A stretch of 64,000 bases of DNA from the human T2T-CHM13v2.0 reference genome, Homo sapiens, in assembly GCF_009914755.1 (NCBI RefSeq), contig NC_060928.1. One strand, 5' to 3'. The position numbers were made by a program, and so were the translations under genes. This document shows, piece by piece, positions 14,020 to 27,069 of the stretch (the first letter of the stretch is position 1; each line of letters starts with the position of its first letter). The notes beneath the pieces were generated by a model. That model was not told the DNA's origin and did no database searches. It worked only from the letters and a program-made list of their open reading frames with translations.

Positions 14020-14516
14020 TTTTTGCAAAAGAAAATTTTTGCTTACCAGATTAGCTAAAAAATACTCAATGACTGATGAGGAGGTGAAGAAATGTGCAAT
14101 TGCATATATGGCTGGAGTGTAAATGGGTATCACAGAAGATAGAATTTGACAATATAAGTAAAAATTACATCTCTGCATATCTCCAAATAAGCTATCCCAC
14201 TTGTTGGAATCCATATTACAGACAGAATGACATGAAAGTGTAAATACATATGTACGAAGATGTCCACTGCAGCATTATTTGTCTAAAGAATACATGATAT
14301 ATTACAACAAAAGGCAGCTGGAATTACTTATTTGAATAAGACTGAGAACAACTGACCACCAACTGAGGAATGGTTAAATAATTTCTGAAACATCCAAGCA
14401 AAAGTACACTGGCTGGCCAATAGAAATAAGAAAGTAGATTTGTACATATTGACCTAGAAGGGCGAGCAAATAAAACAAGTTTTTGGCCAGTTTGTGTAGA
14501 ATTATACCATTTTTTT
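14020..14516 (+). mobile_element. Ancient L1ME 3' fragment that continues at about 22485-22600 after the L1MA insertion
   Basis: ctggagtgtaaatgggtat, gatgtccactgcagcattatttgt, ggaatggttaaataatt; resumes with cacaaacattgatggtcattacttctgggg. Confidence 0.65.
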
Positions 14517-14518
14517 AA

Positions 14519-14665
14519 TAAGAAAGAGAGAAAGAAAGAAGAAAGAGAGAGAAAGAAAGAAAGAAGAAAGAGGGAGAAAGAAAGAAAGAAAGAAAGAAAA
14601 AAAGAAAAGAAAAAAGAAAAAGAAAGAAAGGAGGGAGGGAGAGAGGGAGGAAGGGAGGGGAGGAA
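14519..14665 (+). repeat. Pure-purine compound microsatellite (GAAA/GA/GGAG/GGAA)n
   Basis: About 145 nt of only A and G. Confidence 0.95.
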
Positions 14666-17600
14666 GCAGAGCAAGATAGCCAAATGGAAGCCTTCACTGA
14701 TTGTCCTCCCTGCAGGAACATCAAATTGACTATATACACCATAAAGCACCTTCATGAGAACCAAAACTCAGGTGAGTGATCACAGTACCTGGTTTTAACT
14801 TCATATCACTGAAAAATGCACTGAAGAATGTAGGAAAGACAGTCTTGAATTGTTTATGTCACCACTCTCCCAACTCCCAGCAGTAGCTGTGAGGTGTGGA
14901 GAGAGAATCTGTGTCCTTGGGGGAGGAAGAGGGCAGTGATTGTGCGACTTTGCATTGGAACAGAGTGCTACCCTGTCACAGCAGAAACCAAAATGGGGCA
15001 GAATTCAGCTGGGGCCCACAGAGGGAGCATTTATACTGCCCTAGCCAGAGGGGACTCACCCATCCTTACCGTCAGAACCTGCGTTCTATTAAGCCTTGCC
15101 ACCATGGGCTAAGGGCTGTAAGGTCCTAAATAAACTTGAAAGGCAGTCTAGGCCACAAAGACTACAATTCTTGGGCAAATAATGGTTCTATGCCAGGCTC
15201 GGAACCACTGGACTTGGGGAACATGCTACCTAGTGAGATACCAGCCAGGCTGGCTAAGGGAGTGCTTGTGCCACCCCTCCCCTAACCATGGGCAGCATGG
15301 CTGACAGCTTATAGGAGACATTCCTTCCCTCTGCTTGAGGAGAGGAGAGGGAAGAGTAAAGAAGACTTTCTTTTGCCACTTAGCTACCAGCTCAGCCACG
15401 GTAGGATAGGGTACTGGGCAGTCCTGAGGCCCATATTCTAGGCCATAGTTCCCAGGCTACATTTCTAGAGCCGCTTTGGGCCAGAAGCAAAACTACTACC
15501 TTGAAGGGAAGGACCAAGTCCTGGCAGAATTAATCACCTGCTGAGTAAAGAGAACTTAGGCCCTGAATAATCAGCAGCAATATCCAGGCGGTACATGCTG
15601 TGGTTCTGGGGTGAGACTCAGAGACGTGCTGGCTTCATATGGCTTCAGACTGAGCACATTCCCAGCTGTAGTGAGAATGGACTGGGATGAGGCTCCTTCT
15701 GCTTGAGAAAAAGGGAGGGAAGAGTAAAAGGGAGTTTGTCTTGCACCTTAAGTACCAACTCAGCCACAGTGGGACAGAGCACCACATGAATCCCTTGAGG
15801 TTCCCAATTCCAGGCCTTGGCTCTTGGATGGCATTTCTGAAACTGCCCTGGGCCAAAGGGGGGCCCACTGCCCTGAAGGAAGAGTCACCACAAGCTGACT
15901 GAAGAGCCCTTGGGCCTTAAGTGAACATTGGTGGTAGTCAAGCAGTACTTGCTGTGGGCCTGGGGTGGCAGTGGCAGTGGCCATGGAAAAAGACTCCTCT
16001 GATGGTGGAAAGGAGAGGGAAGAGTGGGAGAAACTTTGTCTTGTGGCATGGGTGCCAGTTTAGCCACAGTAGAATAGAGTTCCAGGTAGATTCTTAAGGT
16101 TTCTGACTCCAGGCCTTGGCTCCTAGATGTTACCTCTGGATCCGCACAGGGCTGGGGGCAACTTGCTTCTCTGGAGGGAAGAACAAAGGCCTGGCTAGTT
16201 TTGCTGCCAGAGCCCTAGGGCCTTGAGAGAACATAGATGATAGCCAGGCAGTGGCTACCATGGGCCTTGGGTGAGACTCAGTACTGTGCTGGATTCAGGT
16301 CTGACCCAGCATTGTCCCAGTGTTGGGTAGAGACAGGGATGCTTATGTCACCCCTCTTCAAGCTCTAGGCAGCTCAGTAGACAGAGAAGGAGACTCTGCT
16401 TGTTTGTTTGGGAGAAAGTAAGGGAAGAGACCAAAATTCTCTGCCTAGTAATCCAGAGAAGTCTTCCAGATCTTATCCAAGACCACAAGACCTCTATGAG
16501 TCTGCAAAAGTCATAGTGTTACTGGGCTTGGGATGCCACCTAATGCACACATAGCTGGAGTGACCAAAAACTTAGATTACAACTCTTCAATGCACAGACA
16601 CCAATAAACATCCACAAGTATCAAGGCCATCCAAGAAAACATGACGATGCCGAGAAAATTAAATAAGACACCACTGGCCAATGCTGGAGAGAGAGAGATA
16701 TATGACCTTTCAGAGAATTCAAAATAACTGCTTTGAGGAAGTTCAATGAAATCTAAGATAACATAGAGAAGGAATTCAGAATTATATCAGATACATTTAG
16801 CAGAGAAATGGAAATAATTAAAAGCAAGCAGAAATTCTGGAGCTGAAAGATGCAACAGACATACTGAAGAGTACATCAAGAGTCTCTTAAAAGCAGAATT
16901 AATGAAGCAGAAGAAAGAACTAGTAAGCTTGAAGTCGGGTTATTTGAAAGTACACAGTCAGAAGAGACAAATTAGAAAAGAATGAGAAAAAAATGAAGCA
17001 CATCTACCACAACTAGCAAATAGCCTCAAAGGGACAAATCTAAGAGTTATTGGCCTTAAAGAGGAGGTAGAGAGAGATATAAAGGTAGAAAGTTTATTCA
17101 AAGGGATAATAACAGAGAACGTCCTACACCTAGAGAAAGATATCAACATTCAAGCACAAGAAGGCTACAAAACATCAAGCAGGTTTAACCCAAATAAGAC
17201 TACTTCAAGACATTTAATAATCAAACTCCCAAAGACTCAAGGATAAAAAAAGGATCCTAAACACAGCAAGAGAAAAAAACAACATACAATGGAGCTCCAG
17301 TACACCTGGCAGCAGACTTCTCAGTGGAAACTTTACAGGCCAGGATAGAGTGGCCTGCCATATTTAAAGTGCTGAAGGAAAAAAAATCTTCTTTTCCTAG
17401 AATAGTATATCAAGAGAAAATATACTTCAAACATAAAGGAGAAATAAAGACTTTCCAGACAAACAAAAGCTTAGAGATTTTATCAACACCAGACCTGCCC
17501 TACATGAGATGCAAAAAGGAGTTCTTCAATTGGAAAGAAAATGGTAATGAGCAATAAGAAATTATCTGAAGGTGCAAAACTGACTGGTAATAGCAAGTAT

Positions 17601-20600
17601 ACGAAAAACACACAATATTATAACGTTATAATTCTGGTATGTAATCTACTCATATTTTGAGTAGAAAGACCAAAAGGTGAACTGATCAAAAATAATAACA
17701 ATAACTTTTCAAGACATAGACAGTACAATAAAGAATAAATAGAAACAACAAAAAGTTAAAAAGTCGGGGGACAAAGTTAAAGTGTAGAGTTTTTATTAGT
17801 TTTCTGTTTGCTTGTTTATACAAGTCAGTGTTAAGTTGTCATCTGTTTAAAATAATGGATGACAAGATATCATTTACAAGCCTCATGATAACCTCAAATC
17901 AGAAAACATACACAAAATAAAATAAAAAACAAAGAAATTTAAGAATGCCAACTGAGGAAAAAACCTTCACTAAAAGGAAGACAGGGAGAATGGAAAGAAG
18001 GAAGAGAAGATGACTGCAAAACAAACAGAAAACAAATCACAAAATGTCAGGAATAAGTCCTTATTTGTGAATAATAATATTGACTATGAATTGATTAAAC
18101 TCTTCAATCAAAAGACACAGAGTAACTGAATGGATTATAAAACAAAACAAAAAAAATAAGACCCAATGATCTGTTGCCTACAAGAAACACATTTCACCTA
18201 TAAAGGAACACATAGACTGAAAATAAAGGAACAGATAAAGATATTCCATGCAAATGGAAACCAAAAAAGAGCAGGAATAACTGTACAAAATAGATTTTTC
18301 AATACAAAAACTATATAAAGAGAGAGAGAAAGAAGGTCATTATAAAATGATAAACGGGTCAATTCAGCAAGAGGGCATAACAATTGTAAATATATATGCA
18401 TCCAACACTGGAGCACCCAAATATAATATATAAATCAAATATTAGAGCTAAAGAGAGAGATAGACCTCAATACAGTTAAAGCTGGAAACTGCAACACCCT
18501 ACTTTCAATATTGCACAGATCATCCAGATGGAAAACCAACAAAGAAACATCAGACTTAATCTAAACTATGGACCAAATGGACCTGATAGATATCTACAGA
18601 AAATTTCACTCAGCAGTTACAGAATGCACATTCTTCTCTTCAGCACATAGATCATTCTCAAGGATAGACCATGTGTTATGCCACAAAATAAGTCTTAAAA
18701 AATTAAAAAATTGAAATTATATCAAGTATCTTCTCTGACTATAATGGAATAGCCTAGAAATAAATAACAAGAGGAATCTTGGAAACTGTACAAACACATG
18801 GAAATTAAACAATATGCTCCTGAACAACCAGTGGGTCAATGAAGAAATTAAAAAGTAAATTTAAAAATTTATTGAAACAAATGATAATGGAAACACAACA
18901 TACCAAAACCTATGGGATATGGCAAAAGCAGTACTAAGAGGAAATTATAGCTTTAAGTGCCTACATCTGAAAAGTAGAAAAACTTCAAACAAACAACCTA
19001 AACATTCATCTTAATAAACTGGAGAAGCTATAGCAAACTAAACCCAAAAGTAGTAGAAGAAAAGAAATAATAAAGATCGGAGCAGAAATAAAGGATATTG
19101 AGATGAAGAAAACAATAAAAAAGATCAATGAAACAAAAGTTGGTTTCATTTTCAAAAGTTTTTTGAAAAAGGAGACATTACACCTGATACTATAGAAATT
19201 CAAAGGATCATTGGAGTCTACTGTGAGCAACTATATTCTAATAAATTGGAAAATGGAGAAGAAATGGATAAATTTCTAGACACATACATCCTACCAAGAT
19301 TGAAACATGAAGAAATCCAAGACTCGAACAGACCATTAACAAGTAAGGGGATCACAGAAGTAATAAAAAGTCTCCCAGCAAAGAAAAGCCAGGACCCAAT
19401 GGCTTCACAGCTGATTTCTACCAAACATTTAAAGAAGAACTAATACCAATCCTCTCAAACTATTTCAAAAAAATGAAGGAGCAGGGAATACTTCAAAACT
19501 CATTCTATCAGGTGAGTATTACCCTTATACCCAAACCAGAAGGACATACGGAAGAAATCAAACTACAGGTCAGTATCCCTGATATTGAACATTGGCACAA
19601 AAATCATCAACAAACTAGTAGCAAACTGAATTTAACAACACATTAAAAAGATAATTCATCATTGCCCAGTGGGATTTATCCCAGGCATTCAAGGATAGTT
19701 CAACATACACAAATCAGTGTGATACATCCTATTGAGAGAATGAAAATCAACAACATATGACGATGAAAACCCATTTGATAAAATTCAACATCCTTTCATG
19801 ATAGAAATACTAAAACAAACTGAGTATAGAGGAAATATACCTCACCACACTAAAAGTAATATACAACAAACCCACAACTGGTATCATACTAAATGGGACA
19901 AATCTGAAAGCTTTTTCTCTAAGATATAGAAAACAACAAGGATGCCCACTTTCATCACTGTTAGTCAACATAGTACTAGAAGTCCTAGCTAGAGCAATCA
20001 GACAAGAGAAAAAAAATAAAGGGCATCTAAACTGGAAAGAAAGAAGTCAAATTATCCTTGTTTGCAGATGAGATGATCATATAGTTGGAAAAACCTAGAC
20101 TTCATCAAAAAACTATTGGAACTAATAAACAAATTCAGTAAAGTTGCAGGATACAGGGTCAACATACAAAAATCGGTAGCATTTCTATATGCCAACAGCA
20201 AACAATCTGAAAAAGAAATCAAGTAAATAATCCCATTTACAGTGGCTACAAATAAAATAAAATCCCTAGGCATTAATTAAAAAAGTGAAATATCTCTAAA
20301 ATGAAAACTGTAAAACATTGACAGAAGAAATTGAAGAGGACACACAAAAATGGAAAGATATTCCATGTTCGTGGGCTGGAAGAACCAACATTGTTAAAAT
20401 GTCCATACTACCCAAAGCAATCTAGATTCAATGCAATCCTTATCAAAATATCAATGACATTCTTCACAGAAATAGAAAAAAAATGCTAAAATTTACATGG
20501 AACCACAACACACCCAGAATAGCCAAAACTCTCTTGAGCAAAAAGAACAAAACTGAAGGAATCACATTACCTGATTTCAAATTATACTATAGAGCTATAG

Positions 20601-22385
20601 TAACCAAAACAGCATGGTACTGACATAAAAACAGACACACAGACTCATGGAACAGAATAACAAACCCAGAAACAAATTCATACACCTACAGTGAATTCAT
20701 TTTTGACAAGGGTGCCAGACATATACACTGGAAAAAGGACAGTCTCTTAAATAAATGATGCTGAGAAAACTGGGTATCCGTAGGCAGAAGAAGGAAACTA
20801 GACCCCTATCTCTCACCATATACAGAAATTGAATAAAAAATGGAGTAAAGAATTGAATCTAAGACCTTAAACCATGGAACCACTAAAAATAAAGATTGGG
20901 GAAACTCTGCAGGACATTGGGCTGGGCAAAGATTTCTTGAATAATACCTTACAAGCACAGGCAACCAAAGCAAAAATGGACAAATGGGTTCACATCAGGT
21001 TGAAAAGCTTCTGCACAGCAAAGGAAACAATCAGCAAAGTGAAGAGACAACCTACAGAATGATAGAAAACATTTGCACACTACCCATCTGACAAGAGATT
21101 AGTAACTAGAAGAGATAGGGAGCTCAAACTGTACAGGAAAAAATCTAATAATCTAATTAAATAATCAGCAAAAGATTTGAAAAGACATTTTTCAAAAGAA
21201 GACACACAAACGGCAAGCAGGTATATGCAAAGGTGCTCAACATCATTGATCATTATAGAAATGCAAATCAAAATTACAATGAAATTTAATGACCAGTAAA
21301 GCCAGTTAAAATGACTTTTATTCAAAAGACAGGCAGTAACAAATGCTGGAAAGGATGTGGAGATAAGAGAACACTCATACACTGTTGGGGGGAATGTAAA
21401 TTAGTACAACCACTATGGAGAATGGTTTGGAGGTTCCCCAAAAAACTAAAAATAGAACTACCATGCAATCAAGCAATCCCACTGCTAAGTATACCCAAAA
21501 GAAAGGAAATCAGTATATTGAAGAGATATTTGCACTCCCATGTTCATTGTAGCACTAGTCACAATTGCCAAGATTTGAAAGCAACCTGTGTCCATCCACA
21601 GATGAACGGATAAAGAAAATGTGGTAGATATGCACAATGTGGTAGATATACACAATGGAGTACTATTCAGTCATTAAAAGTATTTTTTAATGACTGTATA
21701 GTACTCCATTGTGTATATCTACCACATTTTCAAAGTACCCATTTGTAAACTACCTGCAAGCAGGTATATGAAAAGGTGCTCAACACCATTGATCATTACA
21801 GAAATCCAATGAAAACTACAATCTATAAAAAAGATTTTTTATGACTGAATGGTATTTAGTTATAAAAAAAGACTGTTTCTGTCATTTGCAAAAACATAGG
21901 TGGAACTGGAGGACATTATATTAAGTGTAACAAGCCAGGTACAGAAAGACAAACTTCACAGGTTCACACATATTTGTGGGAGCTAAAAAGTAAAACAATC
22001 AAACTCATGGAGAAAGAGAATAGAATGATGGTTATCAGAAGCTGGGAAGGGTAGTGAGAGGGAGGGCGGGAGGGGGTAGAGTTAATGGGTATAAAAACAT
22101 AGTTAGATAAAATGTATAAGATCTAGTATTTGATAGCAGAACAGGGTGACCACAGTCAACAAAAATTTATTATACATTTCAACATAACCAAAAGAGTATA
22201 ATTGGATTGCTTGTAACACAAATAGAGGATGAATGCTCGAGGTAAGGAATACTCCATTTACCTTGATGTAATTATTTTGCATTGTTTTCCTGAATCAATA
22301 CATCTCATGTACCCCATAACTGTATACACCTACTCTGAACCCACAAAAATTACAAATTTTTAAAATGCAGACAAAAATAAAAAGA
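14666..22385 (+). mobile_element. Near full-length decayed L1MA2/3-type LINE-1 (about 7.7 kb): 5'UTR with internal monomers, ORF1 about 16.6-17.55 kb, ORF2 about 18.04-21.98 kb, 3'UTR; antisense to UNC5C
   Basis: Starts CAGAGCAAGATAGCC; ORF1p remnant ETLQARIEW..IFKVLKEK (17324); ORF2p remnants EEMDKFLDTYILPRL (19246) and LQDIGLGKDF...[11 protein letters not shown] (20874); L1MA 3'UTR; many stops and frameshifts. Confidence 0.92.
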
Positions 22386-22400
22386 ATGAGAGAGAAAGGG

Positions 22401-22483
22401 TGTGTGTGTGTGTGTGTGTGGGTGTGTGTGGGTGGGTGGCTGTATCTCCCTCATACACACACACCCACACACACACACACACA
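22401..22483. repeat. (TG)n/(CA)n inverted microsatellite pair
   Basis: 28-nt arms at 22403-22430 and 22456-22483. Confidence 0.92.
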
Positions 22484-23284
22484 TTACAAGAAATATAAGG
22501 TAAAACCTAGAAGCTGATGCACACAAACATTGATGGTCATTACTTCTGGGGAAAAGGACTGGAGGGCTTTATGGGGGATTTTAACCTTTATTTGAAACAG
22601 ATTTTTCAAATCCTAGATTATCAGTGATTCCTATTTTTTCTGCTTTTTGAGCTTTTATTCAAATCAAGAGATAGAGAAATAAAATATTCCCACATGCAAC
22701 CTATTACTTCAGCTTAGAATAACCACAAGTCTCTTCATTAAATTCAACCCTCCCAAATCAGTGATACTGACTCTATAAAAAAAATCACTTGATGTCTCCA
22801 TTAAAACCTGTGTTTATAGACCATGGTACTTGTAAGTATAATGTGTAACATTTCTTTAATTCTTCCTGCCTTTATCTCATTTTTCTCTATTTTCCAATGC
22901 CCTAACGTCCTCATGTCTGTGACCTCTGACTTTAAACTAACATAGTTTAGTAGCTTTCTCAAATTTGGCTTAGAAATCAATATTGGTTGATCACTTTCTA
23001 TTTGCTGAGACTGTCTTAGCTACTATAGTGGAAGCCACACTTTATATTTCAATGAAATCTTTTTACTTATAAAAAGAAATCATGAAATAGAAGATAGTAA
23101 ATTTAAGATAATCTGACTTTATGATAGAAATTGGTCTATTAGTCTAGTTATGTAAATATCATGTTTATAACTAATTTGTAACTCATTAGTACTTGACATT
23201 CACTTTAACGTGCTTAATTTTAGGATATCAGAAACGTTTGCTAATATGTGGAGGGTCTTACATAGGGAATTAAGAAAAAGTTCC

Positions 23285-23606
<322 letters not shown>

Positions 23607-23855
23607 TTAGAGCTACATACCCTGTACTAGTATTGTGAACCTCAGGAATTTGAAGAATAAAAAAAGATTACCCATAGGAATATTGTAAAAATTCAATAAT
23701 TATTGACAGACAAATAGGACAACTTAAACATAGGGTTAAGCCTTACTAGCTAACTAATAAGAATGATTTATAATATAGAATAATCTAATAAAGATTGAAA
23801 ATTCATTATTACAATGTATTTGCATGACACATGCTCTCTTCTCTGGAAAAATCTC

Positions 23856-24128
23856 TGTGATGGTCAATTATATGGGTCAACTTGGCCAGGCTAGAGTTCC
23901 CCATTATTCAATCAAACATCAACTTAGGTGTTTCTGTGAAGGTATTTTGTAGCTGTGATTGAGACCACAATTAGTGACCTTAAGTGAGGGAGCTTATTCT
24001 AGATAATCTGGATGTGTCTGATTCAATCAGTTGAAAGGCCTTAAAATCAGAGCTGAAGCTTCTCAGAGCAACATCTAGATTATTGTTTGATTGAATAACT
24101 GGGGACTAGAGCCTGGCCAGGCAGACAC
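23856..24128 (+). mobile_element. MLT2-type (ERVL) LTR 5' fragment followed by an inverted copy of its start
   Basis: TGTGATGGTCAATTATATGGGTCAACTTGGCCAGGCT...CAATCAGTTGAAAGGCCTTAA. Confidence 0.8.
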
Positions 24129-24616
24129 TGTCAGATTCTCCTCCCCGCAATGTCATCCCCACCATTTCTCATAACTCTTACACATTTCTCAGATATTAGT
24201 TTAAATGCCCCTTCACCTGAAGGCCTCCCCACTCCTGGACATTAGCCCTTGCTAACCTCTCCCTTTGCTCCTTGCTGTTTTCCTGGTTCACTTTTCTTCC
24301 CCACGAGATGGCATGTTCAGAGGGTGAAGGGCAGTGCCTATCTTACTCACTGCTGCATAACCAATGTCTACTTCAGGGTCAGGCAGTAAACCTGACTTTA
24401 GGGTTAGGCTTTTTTTTTTTTTTAATTTGCATTGTGGTTCTTAAAGAGGTTCTGTAAGATATGACAGAAGTTTATAGGAATTACTCTATTAATCAAAATC
24501 ATGAAACTTTGGAAGAAATCCTTGTACAAAATAAAACAGAAATGTGCATATTTAAAAACTGTCCCTTTAGTGTTTGTAAGTACAGATCCAGTTCCCACAT
24601 TTAAAAAATTCTATGT

Positions 24617-24790
24617 GGCCAGGTGCAGTGGCTCATGCCTGTAATCCTGGGGCTTTGGGAGGCAGAGGAGGAAGGATTGCTTGAGCCCAGGGGTTTGAGA
24701 CTACAGTGAGCTATGACCATGCCACTGAACTCCTACTGGGTTGACAGAGTGAGATTGTGTCTTTAAAAAAAATTAAAAATTAAAAAAAAT
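24617..24790 (+). mobile_element. Monomeric Alu (FAM/FRAM-like)
   Basis: Single arm running from the GGCCAGGTGCAGTGGCTCA head directly to GACAGAGTGAGA and an A tail. Confidence 0.85.
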
Positions 24791-24929
24791 ATGTATCTTC
24801 TATGCAAGTGCTAATGCCATCCACCATGAGATGTGTAGAGCCTTGGACTAAATACATTCCTTCACTGAATAATTCAAGTTGACTCTAATACGTGTTGTGA
24901 ATGAGAAATAAGATGACACCTCTGAATAC

Positions 24930-26060
24930 AGTGCCCCTTCAACCTCTCGGCCTCATCTGACATTTGACCCCACTGCACCAACTCTCTCCTTTTGCAAACT
25001 TCCTCCTCTTTGGGGGACTGTTCATTAGCACTCTATTGCTTCCTGTCCTATGTCTTCGACCTTTCCCTTTCTTCCTTGCTGCCTGGATACAGTCAGATAC
25101 TTACCAAGCTTTCTCCTTTAGTCTCTCCCCAAGGCATCTCATCCCAACTGTGGCTTCAGTTAGCAGATCATGTCACATACACAACCTTCCACTCCACTCT
25201 GCTGTTTCTTAAAACCCTTCAATGCCTTTGCACTGACCAAGTATGAAATCAGACTCCTTACTAAGGCCGAAAAGAACTCCCCTGATCTGATTGCTGCCAG
25301 CCTCTATGTCTCATTTTCAAGGCCATGCTCCAGACAGACAGACTGGTGTTTGTATCTTTGAACACACCAAACTCATTTCCACCCTAGGGTATTCACACTT
25401 GCCCTTCACTTCTCTAGGAAGGATATTTCCTCTTCTCACTGCCGTTTAGGTTTCAGCTCAGGATGTACCCTGGACAAAGGGATTCTTGACCATTGTATCT
25501 CAAGTCTATTTCTCCCTCCAAGAACGTTTCCTTCTATCTGATTATTTCTTACTACCTATCATTTTCTCAAATTTGCTTGTTTACTAAGTTAGTTGTTTAT
25601 TTCCTTTCCCTTCCAATAAAACTCCAAGCTTTATGGGATCAGAAACTTTGTCCATTTTGTTCAACACTTGACATCAGATGAACTTATCTTCCTTCTAAAA
25701 CTACCTTCCCCTGTTGACACAGCTCCCCAATCCAGACTACAAGATCGTTCAAAAGCTTGGAATTCCTTCTCCCTGTCAGGCCTAATCCATTGACAATTAC
25801 AGTGCATACCAGCTCTTCATTATTTCACTCACCCTCAACTCCTATTCTCCTTTTCATCACCAGGACTCAAGTTGAGGTCCTTATCATTTTTATTTGAATT
25901 GTTACAAGAGCCTCAATACTGATTTGCCTTGCTCTAGATTTTCTTCTCTCAACTCCATTTATGCCACATCATTACATTAGCATTCCCAAATGAATGTGGA
26001 ATTATAACAGCTTCTGCTGGAAACTTTCAGCATTCCACACAACATGGCCCAAAGCTTATT
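24930..26060 (+). mobile_element. Decayed L2 fragments
   Basis: ctttgaacacaccaaactcatttccaccctagggtattcacacttgc; actccaagctttatgggatcagaaactttgtcc. Confidence 0.55.
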
Positions 26061-27069
26061 TAATTTCCATTTCACTTAATACCATTCCACCAAAGCCAAA
26101 TTTGGTGATTCTATTTTCCATCAATATAGCCTTTAAAATTTTTTCCACTTTCACTTATTTATTCTGCACTTAATGCCTTATTCCTTAATGACTTTGAGTT
26201 CATTCAAAAATCTATTAATGATCTTCCCAGATAAAACCATTACTTGCTCTTCAACTGTAAAAATGCTTTAATGCAATTTGGGGGTCTCAATTGTTTTTAC
26301 TGCAGTCAGCTCTACCACACACCTAAGCGGGTTCTAAAACTTTTCATTTTAAGTGAACACATCTAAAAGTGATGACTTGTTTCAAGAACTATGAAGAAAA
26401 TTAATGTCATCCCCATGGATAGATTATATATTATAAATTAAATTACCTGAATATAATCTAACCATATCTATCTATATCAAAAATATGCATGCATTATATA
26501 TTTCATAATATTATAAAAATTAAGTATATGCAAAATTAAAGAACCTCAAGTACCTATAACCCATCTTCAAGAAATTTTCAACACTGTGCCAATTTTGTTC
26601 CAAAGAAAAAACTGTTTTATAAATATTTAGAAGTCACAAGCATGGAAAATTATATCAGAGTGTTAGGCTAAGATAGTGAAGGAGACTAACATCACCAAAC
26701 TGAAAACAAGAATTAAATTTATAATATTGCAAACTATGAAAAGAAAATAGAAATATATTGAAAATAAGAATATTTGGTTTATTTAAAAAAAGAAAACTTA
26801 GTTGATGTGGTACAATGTTTATCATTAAAATTATTGTGACACTAAAAATAGTTATAACCAACGATAAGACCATATGGTTTAAAGTATATTTTAACTAAAT
26901 AACCATTTAAAAACTCTAATTTAAGATTTTCTTTAAAAATTAAAAAACTATTTTAGTGACTATAGAATGTAGAAGTTATTACTTCAATTCAGTGAAATGA
27001 TTTGTTAATAATACACATGAAAAGTACAGAAGTCCATAAGTCCTAATGAAGTTCATGAGCACAGAAAAC

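Noticed and set aside
14324-14764. 146-aa hydrophobic ORF that looks like a membrane protein
   Set aside because: The F/L/S run is translation of the purine microsatellite.
24397-24408. TTAGGGTTAGG telomere-like motif
   Set aside because: Fewer than two full units; expected by chance.
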